63,201 nucleotides of DNA, taken from NCBI GenBank assembly GCA_001724265.1, contig MEDY01000144.1, positions 1-63,201 on the forward strand, read 5' to 3'. Positions 26,901 through 38,475 of this stretch are shown in pieces (the stretch's first letter is position 1; the number at the start of each line of letters is the position of its first letter). The DNA comes from Rhizaria sp. SCN 62-66. Its lineage: Eukaryota. Below the pieces are notes generated by a model. That model saw only the letters and a list, made by a program, of their open reading frames with translations. It ran no database searches and was not told the origin of the DNA. Position numbers and translations under genes: made by a program.

Positions 26901-29190
26901 CAACGCGCACACGGCGAGTTCTTCTAATGTTGGTTTTGCGTCGCTCATCGAGTCTGCCACAGCCCTTCTCTCCGGTCTCGCCTCCAGCTCTAGTTTGACT
27001 GCGGCTGCGAGTTCCGCGACCGACACGCGTCTCACTGGCGCCAGCGCGCAGCAACAGGAGCAGGACCAGTCGCAGCTCTACTGGCTGCCGCCCGTGCTTT
27101 CTCTGGCGCCCGCCGTGGCGTCGCCGATGCGGCCGCCGAGCCTGCTGTACCGCGCGGTCGAGAGTGGCGACGGGCGCGCGGCGCTGGCCGAGGCGCGCGC
27201 GCTCGACGTCGCTATGACCTCTGCGATGGCGGCTGCGGAGGAGGCGGAGAAGAACAGTAAGCGCGCCGCGCGCGTAGCCAGGACGCTCCGCAGCTCGCAC
27301 AGCGCTAGCACTGGCAACGCGGCCGGTGCCATTGGTGGTGGTGCTGGTGGTGGGTATGGGATCGGTGATGCAGCTGAAGACGCCAGCCCCGCTGGCAACA
27401 ATTATGGCCACGCTACTGCCGGTGGCAACAGTCACGGTGAGAGCGCGGGCCAGAGCCAGAGCAAGAGCCCGTCGCACAGCGTGGGCGTGAGCACCAAGGA
27501 CCTGTGGTCGCCGGCGGCTGTGATCCGTGGCTACCGCTCCCAGCGCATCGCCCAGGCGCTGTCACAGGCTATCGCGGTGATCGTCCACTCCTCCACCGGA
27601 CAACCCATCGCCTTCGTCGCGCCCGGCATTGACCCTAACGCCGCCAAGGCCGCCGCCGCCGCCGCCTCCGCCGCCACCGCCGCGGCCGCCGCGGCCGCCG
27701 CGTCGGGCGCCGCCGACACCGCGGGCGTGACCGTGAGCAGCGTCGTCCACGCCTCGCTGGGACTGTACACGCTCAGCGGTGACCGCCTGGCGTGGCTCGT
27801 TCCGGGTGCCGTGGGCCGCCGCGCCGCGCGCCTGCGGGCCGTGACGGCGGCCGCTAAGGACATCGAGGCTGCGTTCGCCGCCGCGGGCACCGGCGTGGCG
27901 GCGGCGATGGCGGCCGGGCTTGCGGGCGCGGGCAGCGCGGCGCCTATCATGGGCTCGCTGGCCGAGTACTTCGCCGCCGACGACTACGACAGCATGGCCG
28001 CTGCGCACGAGCTCAAGAGCGCCCAGACCGACGCCAATGCAGGCGCGCACGGGGCCGCGGGCTCCCGCTTCAAGACCGCGAGTCTCGGGGACGGCGGGGA
28101 CGGCGCTATGAGTTCCGTCCCGCCCCCCGGCAGCATTCCCGCCGCGCACAGCGCCGTGCCGGTGGCGTCGACGCTCGGCGGCTGGACGGTCGTGCCCAGC
28201 GACTTGCTCAGGGCCAGCGACGAGCAGGTCGTCCAAGCGCTCAGGGCTAAGGTCCGTCGTGCCACCGCTGCCGCCGCCGCCGCCGCTAATGCCGCTGCGG
28301 GTCTCCACGGCAACAGCACTGGCACTGGCGCGGCGACATCTCCCGCCGCGAATTCCGCCGCCCCGCCCGCTGTGAGCGGGTACGGCATCATCCGCGGCGG
28401 CTACGGCCGCACCAAGCTCTCCTCCGCCTCCGCCGCCGCGGCCGCTGCGGCCCCCGGCCCCGCCGGCGGGCTCGCGTCAGCGTTTGAGTCGGTTGACGAC
28501 GCCGCGGCGGCCGCGGCCGAAGAGGCCGAGGAGTCGGTCCGCGAGCGCGCACGCGCCGTGTCGTGGGGGCGCAAGGCGCTCATCGACCCCCGCGCGAGCT
28601 CGGCGCTGATGACCGTGCTGGGCCAGATGCGGCTTGAGTTCCACGCCGGCAATCTCGCCCTTGTCACCGCGGCCGGCACGCCCGCTGCCGCCGCCGCGGG
28701 AGCTGACTCGGCAGCTGCAGCGAGCGGCGCCGCGGCGGGCACCGGCGTGTTGACGGACCCTGTGGCGATCGCGGCGAGCGCGGCGGCTGCGCTGGCGCAG
28801 CGGCCGATCCGCGTCGCCGCAGTCCCGGGCTCAGGGCTCTGTAACTGGATCTTCACGCGCGTGGCGCACCTGCTGCTCTTCACCGGCGTGCTCATTGTCG
28901 GCGCCATCCTCGTCGGCATCATGCGGCTCAACGCGGCTGCCGCCAACACCAAGGGGGACCAGAACACCAGCACGCCCGACAGCACGGAGGCCGACGCGGA
29001 GGCCGATATGAAGGCTGCGATTTCGTTTGGCGACGGCGACGGCGACGGCGACGATGACGACGAAGGATATTACTCGCCGCTGACGCTGTCGCAGTCACAG
29101 TCGTCGCAGGAGTATCCCGACACTACGGCCACGGAGAGCGACTCCAACACAAGCGCAGTCCGGGTCACCACGGGTGCGAGCGCCGTGTAA
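23944..29190 (+). CDS. Hypothetical membrane protein (1748 aa) with two predicted transmembrane helices and extensive low-complexity insertions
   Basis: Intronless ORF from ATG to TAA. Hydrophobic segments GLVLVVAGLAVIVLLGTGQLIML and LLLFTGVLIVGAILVGIM. Confidence 0.75.
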   Translation: MRPTHSPGSGSSGNNSSSASAAAADPDADAYQQRLAAHRARAAHKAAQTLKELDIFAFKTTGDDDDDDNIIEAPLSSRSAAASVAATGSYRAARTATNASSLASGGSGAPRGSRSRATNPAKTARTAHPHLGAAAGDNDAADDEDDDSGSESEDDADPANQASSSLLVAVPAASASAAASGGAHPGSSSTYSKVKSSSSSGSGAAVTSADGDSALDIPLTLLREALHAPPFVAATATATRLPVLCGRLLHTNVINPGLVLVVAGLAVIVLLGTGQLIMLNSATRYVATDAAAALAFAPEPTKLQRQQQEKQLQQQLLQLQTPNGLFELQRQRRQQKQPFAVPPHSDNGGVGTGAFDFTHSDLSGHGDGSYGDNDGAGGSGSGLFSLISGGGAGGVGATPFTRKPFPEPRGLPAAASAAAQAFPFAVAGRSVHAAALAESLHELIGEHGVYTARGAYVPSKGPAHVDGSLLESAQQHQQQHGDGSHDAAAAGSAHSAKSKAKSGSSLTKRQERDHHLHVLLTSSVPPPAAHAYGASLLWSPALGTFVVDPTDLLSACPVLPFTAAATTVDTRPRSSDGGYRADAGAHGDDKSVSSGVSSLDDFDSLMNSKGGHAPSPLPPAPSTGAVSSASSLGIGLGLGLGGHAAGPQQSGLSGLSGLSASMTGYFVAPGTSIWRSSSLITPISPLDGASTPQQQQQQQQRQQLQSAPATGIGAGAAAGASAGAGIEVASSVSVALPSVDVKHSCPAVSPLDGDMYMPLAKPLPSHAHLFANSGNGSGNSQFSSLLSTGASVISVSASASAASATAPKAVDDSSLLTVTHSGDSVLHARMIDGQASHPLPLSVARPLAAAIALKSSREAATVAALLPPGALAMPAPARVAAAASAAAAAAVASGRAAHAPPPPLSAAASASAAAAASARATKGLVSAARRGGPMLWHTVTVRNCHGAALYRVFYRHGDSDISPGSLGLAAAALNSSSSSSGNNHLNNAHTASSSNVGFASLIESATALLSGLASSSSLTAAASSATDTRLTGASAQQQEQDQSQLYWLPPVLSLAPAVASPMRPPSLLYRAVESGDGRAALAEARALDVAMTSAMAAAEEAEKNSKRAARVARTLRSSHSASTGNAAGAIGGGAGGGYGIGDAAEDASPAGNNYGHATAGGNSHGESAGQSQSKSPSHSVGVSTKDLWSPAAVIRGYRSQRIAQALSQAIAVIVHSSTGQPIAFVAPGIDPNAAKAAAAAASAATAAAAAAAASGAADTAGVTVSSVVHASLGLYTLSGDRLAWLVPGAVGRRAARLRAVTAAAKDIEAAFAAAGTGVAAAMAAGLAGAGSAAPIMGSLAEYFAADDYDSMAAAHELKSAQTDANAGAHGAAGSRFKTASLGDGGDGAMSSVPPPGSIPAAHSAVPVASTLGGWTVVPSDLLRASDEQVVQALRAKVRRATAAAAAAANAAAGLHGNSTGTGAATSPAANSAAPPAVSGYGIIRGGYGRTKLSSASAAAAAAAPGPAGGLASAFESVDDAAAAAAEEAEESVRERARAVSWGRKALIDPRASSALMTVLGQMRLEFHAGNLALVTAAGTPAAAAAGADSAAAASGAAAGTGVLTDPVAIAASAAAALAQRPIRVAAVPGSGLCNWIFTRVAHLLLFTGVLIVGAILVGIMRLNAAAANTKGDQNTSTPDSTEADAEADMKAAISFGDGDGDGDDDDEGYYSPLTLSQSQSSQEYPDTTATESDSNTSAVRVTTGASAV

Positions 29191-30642
29191 TTGAAATGTC
29201 CGCTGACAACTCCTCAAAAGATAACTGCACAACCTCACGTGCTATTAGCATAAGGTGCAATTGATAGTCTTAATGGGGTTTAATTTGTGTGGGTTTTTCT
29301 CGCACAAACCCTCTTTGTAGAAGTCGTGTGTCTCTCATCTGCTTTCTTGTTGGTAGAGAGATTTGCGCAATGTTATATATAATTGTTGATATGAAACCGT
29401 GTATTGTGTACGTTCGTACGTACGTACGTACGTTTTGGAAGACCTTATTTTTGTGTGCACTATTTGTATTTTTGATAGGAATAAACAATATGGTTGTTTA
29501 CAAGTTGTTAACTGTGTGTTGACGTTGTGAGCTCGTAACCATGTGTGTTTCTTCGTTATAATTCACATTTATGAGAAATAAAAGTTTGTATTTTTTGGTT
29601 TTTGTCTTTTTCTAGCTTTATCATGTTGTTCATTTATTACATGGTTGTACATATCATTCACTTTGTATTGGGGATTTTATCCAGGGCGATCCATTTTCTG
29701 ATCGCCTGAAAAATGCATGCAGCAACGAGCATAAAAAATCAACGCAAATCATTGATGATCATCAAAGGTTTTGAACAGGAGACGCATATACTAACAGTAG
29801 ACACAAAACTGACACATATCACGCGTATTTCATTCTGTCTTGACGGCAATCATGCTTACAGGTGTGGCTCTAGGAAACAAACAACGCAAGCAAAGATACG
29901 AATCAGTCATCAGTGGGAGTATTTTAACTATAAAACTGTATTGAAACACGCTCACATTGTCGTTTTTTTTTCTTTCTTTCTTCAGATTCTGACTGTGGCG
30001 CGACGCCACAGGATGAGTAACACGACACATGTAGCTGTAGTGCCAAAATACAAAGAGACACATAAAACAGACAGACGAGACGACACACGACGAAACAAAC
30101 AAAATTCGAGAGTGTTAAAATACTACTAAATGAAGACGCAAATGTTAAACAGGCAATCGTGTTAAGAAAAATAATGAACACGGGTAGAACCGACAGACGG
30201 ATATATAGACAGAACAAATCAAAACAAGACGAAACGAAAGGTAGTGCGTTGGACTGACTTCAGATACATGAAAGTCAGACGCCGCAGCATGGGCATAAAA
30301 GCTACAGTGACGCTGCCTTGATGGTGTCTGTACGGAAAAGCATTGTTGTGATCGATGCGAGTAAATGTCGCTGCTTAAAGGGAAGCAAACCTACATTCAC
30401 ACAGATCGATGCAACAAATACTACAATGTAAGCTAAACACTCTCATGCCACTCATAGCGGGACACAGTGTTCTTGTTGAGGATTGAGCTCATCAGGTGTA
30501 CACTCACTTGCCAACAAACAGTTGAAAGCGAAGCAATGTTGCGTTGACTGGCTGTGATACAACTGAGAGCAATCCCTTCACAAATGCAAACATCACATAC
30601 AAAAGGTAGTAAAACCCACAGGATAAACTTCAGTTAAATTGC

Positions 30643-33600
30643 TTAGACCGAGCTCCTGTCACTGCTCGGGTTCATGCTGAGCGTGAGCGCCGATAGAGCC
30701 GACGACGACGGCGAGCCGAGCAACTGGCTGGCACCACCAGTTTTCTCCTTAGCACCAGCTCCAATACCAGCGCTGATGGCGACAGTAGCGTGTCCACCGA
30801 TACTGAGGTTGTCGTGATCGACAGGGGTCTTGTTGGCCGCAAGCGCGCCGGCAATCGCGAGTGCGGTGTCAACCGCAGCAGGTGATACGAGACCGGTCTT
30901 CTTCGCAGCCGCACTGGCACCGTAGGCGCCACCACCATTGCTGAGACTGACGCTGTTGCTGATGTCGACACGCATCGCACCAGCCTTAAGCGCGGACCGG
31001 AGCGCATTGTTGCTCACGGCAGTCGTGTTGGTCGCGGTCGTAACAAAGCTACTCTTGCCCGCCATCGTCGCGTTAGCGCTGCCGGGCCGCTTGCCCGCGA
31101 TGGTGAGGGAAGACGCTCTAGGGCCATGGTGATTGTTGTGGCTCGTGGAGTGGCCACTCGCAGGCTCATAGTACTCATTCGCGACGTACTGGTCGTCCTC
31201 ATCGTCCTCCTCATCGTAGTCAAAGGAAACAGGAGCACCCGCAACACCACCGTTGGCGTTGAGTGAGACTGCCTTATGCTTGCTATTCGACCTGTTGTGG
31301 CCAGCAGAGTTATTGGTAGCACCCACAGTCTTCACAGTGGAGTTGGCCCCTTTACGTGTAGCTGCATCCGACTGCAGCTGCTGCTTCTGTTGCTTCGGCT
31401 GCGGCCCACGAGCCACACGAGCCACGACAGCAGTCTCACCCACAGTGTTACTGTTCATCTAGCGGCGCTCGTTCGTGATCGCGGCGGGAGCGCCGTTGGA
31501 GCCGTTGCCGACCGGGCTCGCGGGGCTGCGCGCGCCGTTGCGCTGGGGCGGCACGGGGCGCGAAGCCGAGTTGCGGTAATACGCGTAGAGAATGAGGCCG
31601 ATGAAGCAGACGGCGAAGCCGACGGCGTTGAGGGCGGACATGGCATTCTTGAAGATGACGAGTCCGACGATGATGACGACGACGGTCTTGACGGTGGAGA
31701 CGACGCACAGCGTCAGCGCCGAGGTGACCTTTGTGAGCACGTAGTGTGACCACTGAAGGAAGAAAGAGAGCACACCGCCGACGAGGATGAGGGCCGCGGT
31801 CTGCGCAGTCCAGCTCGAGTGCACGAAGAAGGGCGTGGTGTGCATGTGGGGCACCTCGAGGAAGAGGATGAACGGCAGCAGCACCAGCGCCGAGGCCGGG
31901 GAGTGGTAGTAGAGCACGATGATGGGGTGCATCGGGGCGCGCTTGCCCGTCGCGGTGATCGTCGCGGCGGACGCGGCCGCAGCAGCGACGGAGCGGGGGT
32001 AAGGCACGCGCATGACAACGTCATCGTCATCATCGTCATCGTTGTTGCCGTCGTAGTCATCGGCGTCATCGTCGTCGAGCTGGGCGGAGTAGCCGTTGCG
32101 GTTCCGCTTGCTCTTGCCCTTGCTCTTGTTCTTCTTTGCGGTGTTCACGGTGACCGCGACAGAGCTACCCGACGACACGGCAAGACACAGCGCCGATGCC
32201 GGCGGCTGCTGCTTGCCGCTGTCACCGTACTGCGACGACGACAACGCGCGGCCGTTGCTGTCCGCCGCGGCGGCGCCGCCGCTGATGTTGCTGGACGTGG
32301 AGAGCACAGCGCCGCTGGCTTCGGCGAACGAGGCAGACCGCGCGCGGCCCAGCGGGGACCCGTTCGTCCCCGGCGCCCCAGTGCCACTGCCGCCAGGAGC
32401 GCCAGCAGCGTTGCCGTGTGGGCCGGCCGCGGCGGCGGCCCAGGGCCCGCTGGCGGGGCTGTTGCTGGAGAGCGAGGAGCCGCGCGCGCGGCCGCCTCCG
32501 ACCGTGGGCGTCTTGGCCTCCTCTTCGCCATCGTGGTGTCCGTGAGCGACGGCCGCGTTGCTGTGGGACAGCGCCTCGGACTCGGCGTGCGCGGTGTCGG
32601 CGTCCGGGCTCAGGAGTGCCACGGCGCCCGCGCCGGCGTTGCCGTTGGGCGAGAGGCTGGCGAGCGCGGCCAAGAGCTCCTCAGGCACACTCGTCTCCTC
32701 GTCCTTGGCACCAGCACCGCCCACGCCAGCCGCCGCACCGCCCGCGCCGCCGGTCGCGGTCGTGGCCACGGTACCGCTGCCGCTGCCGTTGCTGCCGGTG
32801 CTGTTGGTGGTGTTGACGCGGGTCATCTTGCGCGCGTTGCCGTTCTTGGTGCCGTTGCCATTGCTGTTGCCGTCGCACACGTCGGCGACGTCGGCGTCGA
32901 GCTCTGCATCGGCCTCGGCGTCGACGGGGCTGTTCTCGGCCGAGTCCGTCTCGGGCACAGTGACCTGGACGAGGAGCTGGACGAGCACGTTGGACAGCGC
33001 GGTGATGAGGCACGACATAGTGACCCACGCCACGCCCAGCGCCTGGCCGGGCGCGGGGGCCTCGCCGGCGACTGCGAGCGCAATGCCACCGGCGATGAGC
33101 AGAATGATGGCGAAGAGACGCCAGGAGAAGACCTCGGTGCCCACACAGTACGACACGAGGAGACTGTGGTTGTTGCACACAGCAATTTGTAGAATAGGCA
33201 AGTTGGATGTAAGGACATGAGTGACGAGAGAAGTAGAAAGTACAGCTCATGATTGAGGAATATTGAGGATATTAGAAGTAATTCCTATTGACGTACGTGA
33301 AGACTGTTGCGAGTTGGCGCAGCTCCTCAAAGAAACTCGCCTCGAGGAAGAGAAATGACATGTTTGCGAGCCCGACGTAGAGGCCGACGCACGCGCCCTG
33401 GATGTTGACGATCCAGAACTCGCGCTTGGTCATCTGCGGCGGTGGGACGAGCTTGAACACATGTACGGTGACAAAGCCCATGCCGTAGTGCAGCACGAAC
33501 TGCACGGCCGCGACGAAGAGCGGGAAGGGGAAGCCCCAGCCGGGGCAGCGCTCCTCGGGCGGGTGGCGCGTGTGGGCGAACCCGGACGGCGAAGGGTTGA

Positions 33601-34495
33601 TTTCGGTAGGGCAGAAGTTGACCATGTACTTGTTGTACATGATCATCGAGGTCGAGAACGCGAAGAGCAAAACGGTGACCACGAGCGTGTACGTCATCGT
33701 GGTGCTGTCGCCGCTGATCCAGTCGGATGTCGCCGTCGCAGGCGCGGCGTCGGACACCGCGGTCTCGACGCTCGCGACTGCGGTGCTGTTGCTGCTGCCG
33801 CTGGGGTCAGTCAGGGCAGTGGAAGACTTGTTCGAAGGACTAATGGAGACCAGGGCGACCTCGCTTGAGCCACCCTTCGCCTTGCCGCTGGTACCCTTGG
33901 CAGAGCCCTTCTGCTGCTTCTGCTGCATCTGCTGTTGCTGCTGATGCTGCGGCTGCTGCGTTCCAGGGGGGTTGGTGTTATGCAAGTAGCTCACAACACC
34001 ACCGTTCTGCTGCTGCTGCTGCTGCTGCGCGTGCTTGTTCGTGCTATAGTTGCTGTAATCAGCGTCGGCGTCAGCGTCAGCGTCAGCGTCGGTAGGCAGC
34101 GCTGTTGCCTTGATGCCGTCGCGCCGCTGGCCGCGTGCCAGACGCGGGTGCGTAGTGCGCACGCCTTTGCCCGCGTTACGGCCGCCATAGCCGCGAGCAC
34201 GCTCGTCGATGCCGTCGCAGTCGTCGTCATCGTCGTTGTCATCGTCGTTGTAGGCGCTGTTGATCTTATTCTTGTTGTCAAGAGCGTTCTTGTTGTTGCG
34301 GTAGTGAGACGAAACGGCTGCACTGTAATCGTCGCCATCGTCGTCATCGGCGCCATCGTAGAACGCCGGCGGGCCGTTTGCCGCGTTAATGCTGTGCGCG
34401 GTGCCTGCGGCGCTCAAGTTGGCGCGTGATGAAGCAGACGCTGCCGCGGCCGCGGAGCCGCCGGAGGCGCGCGGGGGACCATAGAAGGACGACAT
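30643..34495 (-). CDS. SLC35/triose-phosphate-translocator (DMT) family transporter, SLC35C2-like, ~1239 aa if TAG is read through; exons 34495-33297 and 33163-30643; in-frame TAG at 31461-31459
   Basis: TPT-type motifs FSTSMIMYNKY, FPFPLFV, GLANMSFLFL, VTSALTLCVVSTVKTVVVIIVGLVIF and multiple TM helices. Phase-2 intron 33296-33164 (GTACGT...CACAG). The frame continues 271 codons past the TAG to TAA at 30643. Confidence 0.82.
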
Positions 34496-35333
34496 CGCGC
34501 GGGGCTCTCGCAACACAGACGAGAGAGGAAGAACGGCGATGACGCGGTCGAGCTGGGGTTCGAGAGATGGTCAGGGAGACCTGCTGTAACCTGCTTTAAA
34601 CGGGGAGGAAGCTCGGTTACGAACCAACGAGAGCGTCGTGATACAAGCTTAGTGGGAAATGAACGTCCACAACGCACTGAAAGGACACGCCGAAGGCGAT
34701 TTCACTGCTCCTACAAAGAGCGCGGGCGAATGAAGGGGAAGATAAAGCATATGTTTGTTAGAGGATTAGCTGACCAGAGCAATCGAGTGGTAAGGCAAGG
34801 GAGCGTGTAACCAAACGGAGGCTCGACAAAAGGCCACAAAGCCACGCAGACGTCCAGCTTCAAACTTAATGGAGAACGTTGTGTTAAATTGCGCAGACAT
34901 GTGCGTTAGCGGCGCGGGAGTGAGCGCTGGGGTAGGAGAGTGTGGATAACGAGTGAATGACGAATCGTCATCTTCCTCCTCTAAGCTCCTCTGCGGACTC
35001 CTTCTCGCAAGATACTGCGCCAAAACAACAAGTTCCACAAGTGCTGCAAATATGCCCGGTAATGCAACCAAACAGCGCTAACGAGAAATGTCACTTGGGA
35101 GCGTATTGTACGAAGGTGTGGCGCGACAGACTACTTTGAAGGGAGGTGGTCGAACTGGGCATCAAGAGGAGCAGACAAGAATAGAGAGTTGTATTCGTCG
35201 ACTGGTCAGCTATTGTATCTTACTCGACCATGCATCATGAGCTCCGTCATCTCGAATGAGAGGACGTTTATTCAAGTTAAATAGTGCTTAAAATTATTAT
35301 ATTCTTATTGTACTTTGCCTTGCTGCGTTTAGT

Positions 35334-38300
35334 ATGGACTACGACGAGGTGGACTCGTCTGGTGTCCCCATGGGCCGCGCAACGGTCGGCAAGTCCTCAT
35401 CCAAACCACACGCCCCGCTCCCGGGACACCAGCATGACACTTCCAGCGGTACCGTCCGACACATCTACGTTCCACGTGCTCGTGCACAACCCAGCTTAGA
35501 CGCTGGCGCTGTTGATGCTGTTGCGCAGTCCGCAGCAGCCCGCTCACAACAGCAAACGCAGCAGCCACCTGTTGGCGTCAGCGCCGCTGTCCCTTCAACT
35601 CTAGCAGCTTCATCAGCATCAGCAACAGCACCAGCACATGTGTCCACCCGCGCCGCACCATTGCTGCCTTCCGAACTGCCAATCCACGCACACGCGGCGG
35701 CCATCCTGGCCCAGTTCGAGAGTAACCAGTTCTCCCTCGTCACAGGTGGCACTGGTTGCGGCAAATCCACCCAGCTTCCTAAAATCCTCCTTAAGTCATC
35801 CCACGCCGCGCAGCACCCAACTTGCGGCATCGCTGTTGCGGAGCCGCGTCGCATTGGCGCGCTCTCGCTTGCCCGGCGTGTCGCCAGCGAGCTCAACTGC
35901 GCTCTGGGCGGGCTCGTCGGCTACAGCGTGCGCTTCGACGTCGCGCGCGGGCGCGACACGCGGCTTACTTTCCTCACCGACGGCGCACTGCTGCACGAGC
36001 TTGTCACCGACCCCACGCTCTCGCGCTACCACACCGTCGTGCTGGACGAAGCGCACGAGCGCTCGCTAGCCACCGACATCTTGCTCGGGCTCCTGCGTCG
36101 GCTGTGCACGCTGCCGCGCGAGCGGGGCGGTCGGCCGGACCTCAAGATCCTGGTCACGTCCGCAACGCTTAACGTCGCCCGGTTTGCGCAGTACTTTGGC
36201 GGCTGCCCGTCGATCTCGGTTGAGGGGCGCGCTTTCCCGGTCAAAATATGGTACAGGAGCGAGATTCCCCGCGACTACACGGAGGCCGCGGTTGAATTAG
36301 CGCTCAAGATCCACGTTGACGGTGAGTCGGCACCGCTTATGCCTGCCACTAGTGCGTCTGCGACGACTTTTGCTAAGGCGGGCTATCCAGCGGCGCCGCC
36401 TGTGGTGTACACAAACAGCGCAGGACTGACTGCTGCTGAGGCTGAGGAAGCAACCATCGGCACCGCGGCGCACGTGGCAGTGAGCACCACGGCTATGAGC
36501 GACACTGACGCGGCTACCACGAACACCAGCAGTACTCTGAGCCACACCGATGATGATGACGACAGTGGCCAGGCGCTCACCGCAGCTGCCATTGCAGCTG
36601 ATGACGCTAAGGCCAAAGCCTTCCGCCAACAGCAACAAGAGCAGCAGCAGCAGGCGAGCGACGTCGACGCCGGCGCCGCCACCGCCGCTGCGGCCGCGCT
36701 CGGCCACATTCTTGTGTTTCTGCCCGGCCAGGGCGAGATCGACCGCGCAGTCGCCCTCACCGAGGCCCGTCTCGACACCCTGTTCGACTCTGGCGTGACA
36801 ATGGGCGACGTCGTCGTGTTGCCCGTGTACTCCGCGCTCACACCCGAGCAGCAGCAGCGCGTCTTTGCGCCCGCCGCTGGCAACACGCGCAAGATTATCT
36901 TCGCGACCAACATGGCCGAGACGGCCGTCACGATCGACGGCGTCCTGACTGTCGTCGACTGCGGGTACGTGCGGCTCAAGCAGTTCTCACCCGTTACGGG
37001 CATGGAGACGCTGGCTGTGGTGCCCGTGTCGCAATCAGCGGCAGAGCAGAGGGCGGGACGCGCCGGGCGGTACGTGTGTAACTGGAGAACTTGTTTGATA
37101 TCATTTTTATTTACATGCGTCTTTTTATCTTTGATCTTCTCACTTTCATTTGATACCGACTTTTGAATCCTTTTATTTTGCTGCATAGCACTGCGCCTGG
37201 CCAGTGCTTTCGCATGTATCCCCCGCCCGTCTTCACGACGCTGACTGCGGACACTGTGCCCGAGATCCAGCGCTCGTCGCTCACGACCACGGTGCTCACC
37301 CTCAAGTCCCTCGCAGCTACATCCGCATCAGCGACAGCGAACAGTCACACAGGTGTTGTGCACAACAACAGTCTCGGCGACCCGTTTTCATTCGCATTCC
37401 TGGACCCCCCGTCGTTTGCTACGTTGGCAAAGTCAGTCCTGTCTCTGGCGTACCTAGGCGCGATCGACCGGACCGGACAGTACGTCATGACTACGAATAT
37501 CGTAACTTGTAGATGTGATGTTGTGAGCTCCATGTGACATGTATATTCTAAGATGCTGACGTTTATTTGACAATTTTGTTCCTGTCCTGACAAACTTTGT
37601 GAATTTTGTTGTTTGCGTTCTCTTAGGTTGACGCCGTTAGGCTCAGTTCTGTCGCGTCTTCCCCTCGAGCCTTCTCTCGGCAAGCTCCTTCTCCTGTCCC
37701 GCCATTACCGCTGCTCCGAGCCCATGCTGCGCATCTGCGCCATGCTTACAGTCGCCGACACACTCATTCCCCGCAGCGCCCCGTCGGCCACCGGCACCCC
37801 CGCGAACCCCGGTGACTCGGCTGCGTTCGCGGCCTTCAAGTCGCAGTACGGCGACGTGCCGGCCCTACTCACAGTCTTTGACCGCTGCGAGAGCGTGCGG
37901 TTTGCGCCCAAGGCGATGGAGGCGATGGGTCTTAACGTGCGGGCTACGCTTGCTGGTAGGGACGCTGTGCGTCACTTATCTACCGCGCTCGATGCAGCGC
38001 TCAATCACGGCAAGAGCAACGCTAACCCAACTGCTAATCACTCTCGCAGTCGTGACCGCGATTATGACCGCGATTATAACCGCGGTCGTGACCGCGATCG
38101 CCGTGATGATGACCGTGGCCGCACACGTGACCATGAGGGCGAGCGTGAGCGTGAGCGTGACAATGGCCGTGACCGCGACCGGAGTAACCGTGATCACGAC
38201 CGTGATCGTGATCGTGATCGCAGTGACCGTGAGCGTGGCAGTCGTGACTACGATCGTGACCGTGAGCGTGGTCGTAATGACGATCGCGACCGCGACCGTG

Positions 38301-38444
38301 GCCGTGACGACCGGAAGCGCGATGACCGTGAGCGCGACCGTGAGCGGCCTGATCGAGACCGTTACGATAGCCACCGCAGTGACCGTGAGCGCCATGAGCG
38401 CGACCGTGACCGTGACCGTGAGCGGGAGCAGGAGCGCTACAGTA

Positions 38445-38475
<31 letters not shown>

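Noticed and set aside
29408-29432. (TACG)n microsatellite in a 3' spacer, and a 15-nt duplication near 46876-46905
   Set aside because: Ordinary slippage repeats with no spacer structure, so not CRISPR-like.
30643-31458. Separate 271-aa gene starting MNSNTVGE
   Set aside because: It abuts the upstream TAG in frame with no room for a promoter or UTR; better explained as the C-terminal tail of the transporter.
34766-35139. Small ORFs in the spacer between the SLC35 and helicase genes
   Set aside because: The minus ORF has no upstream ATG even if TAG is read as sense; neither ORF shows codon bias or motifs.
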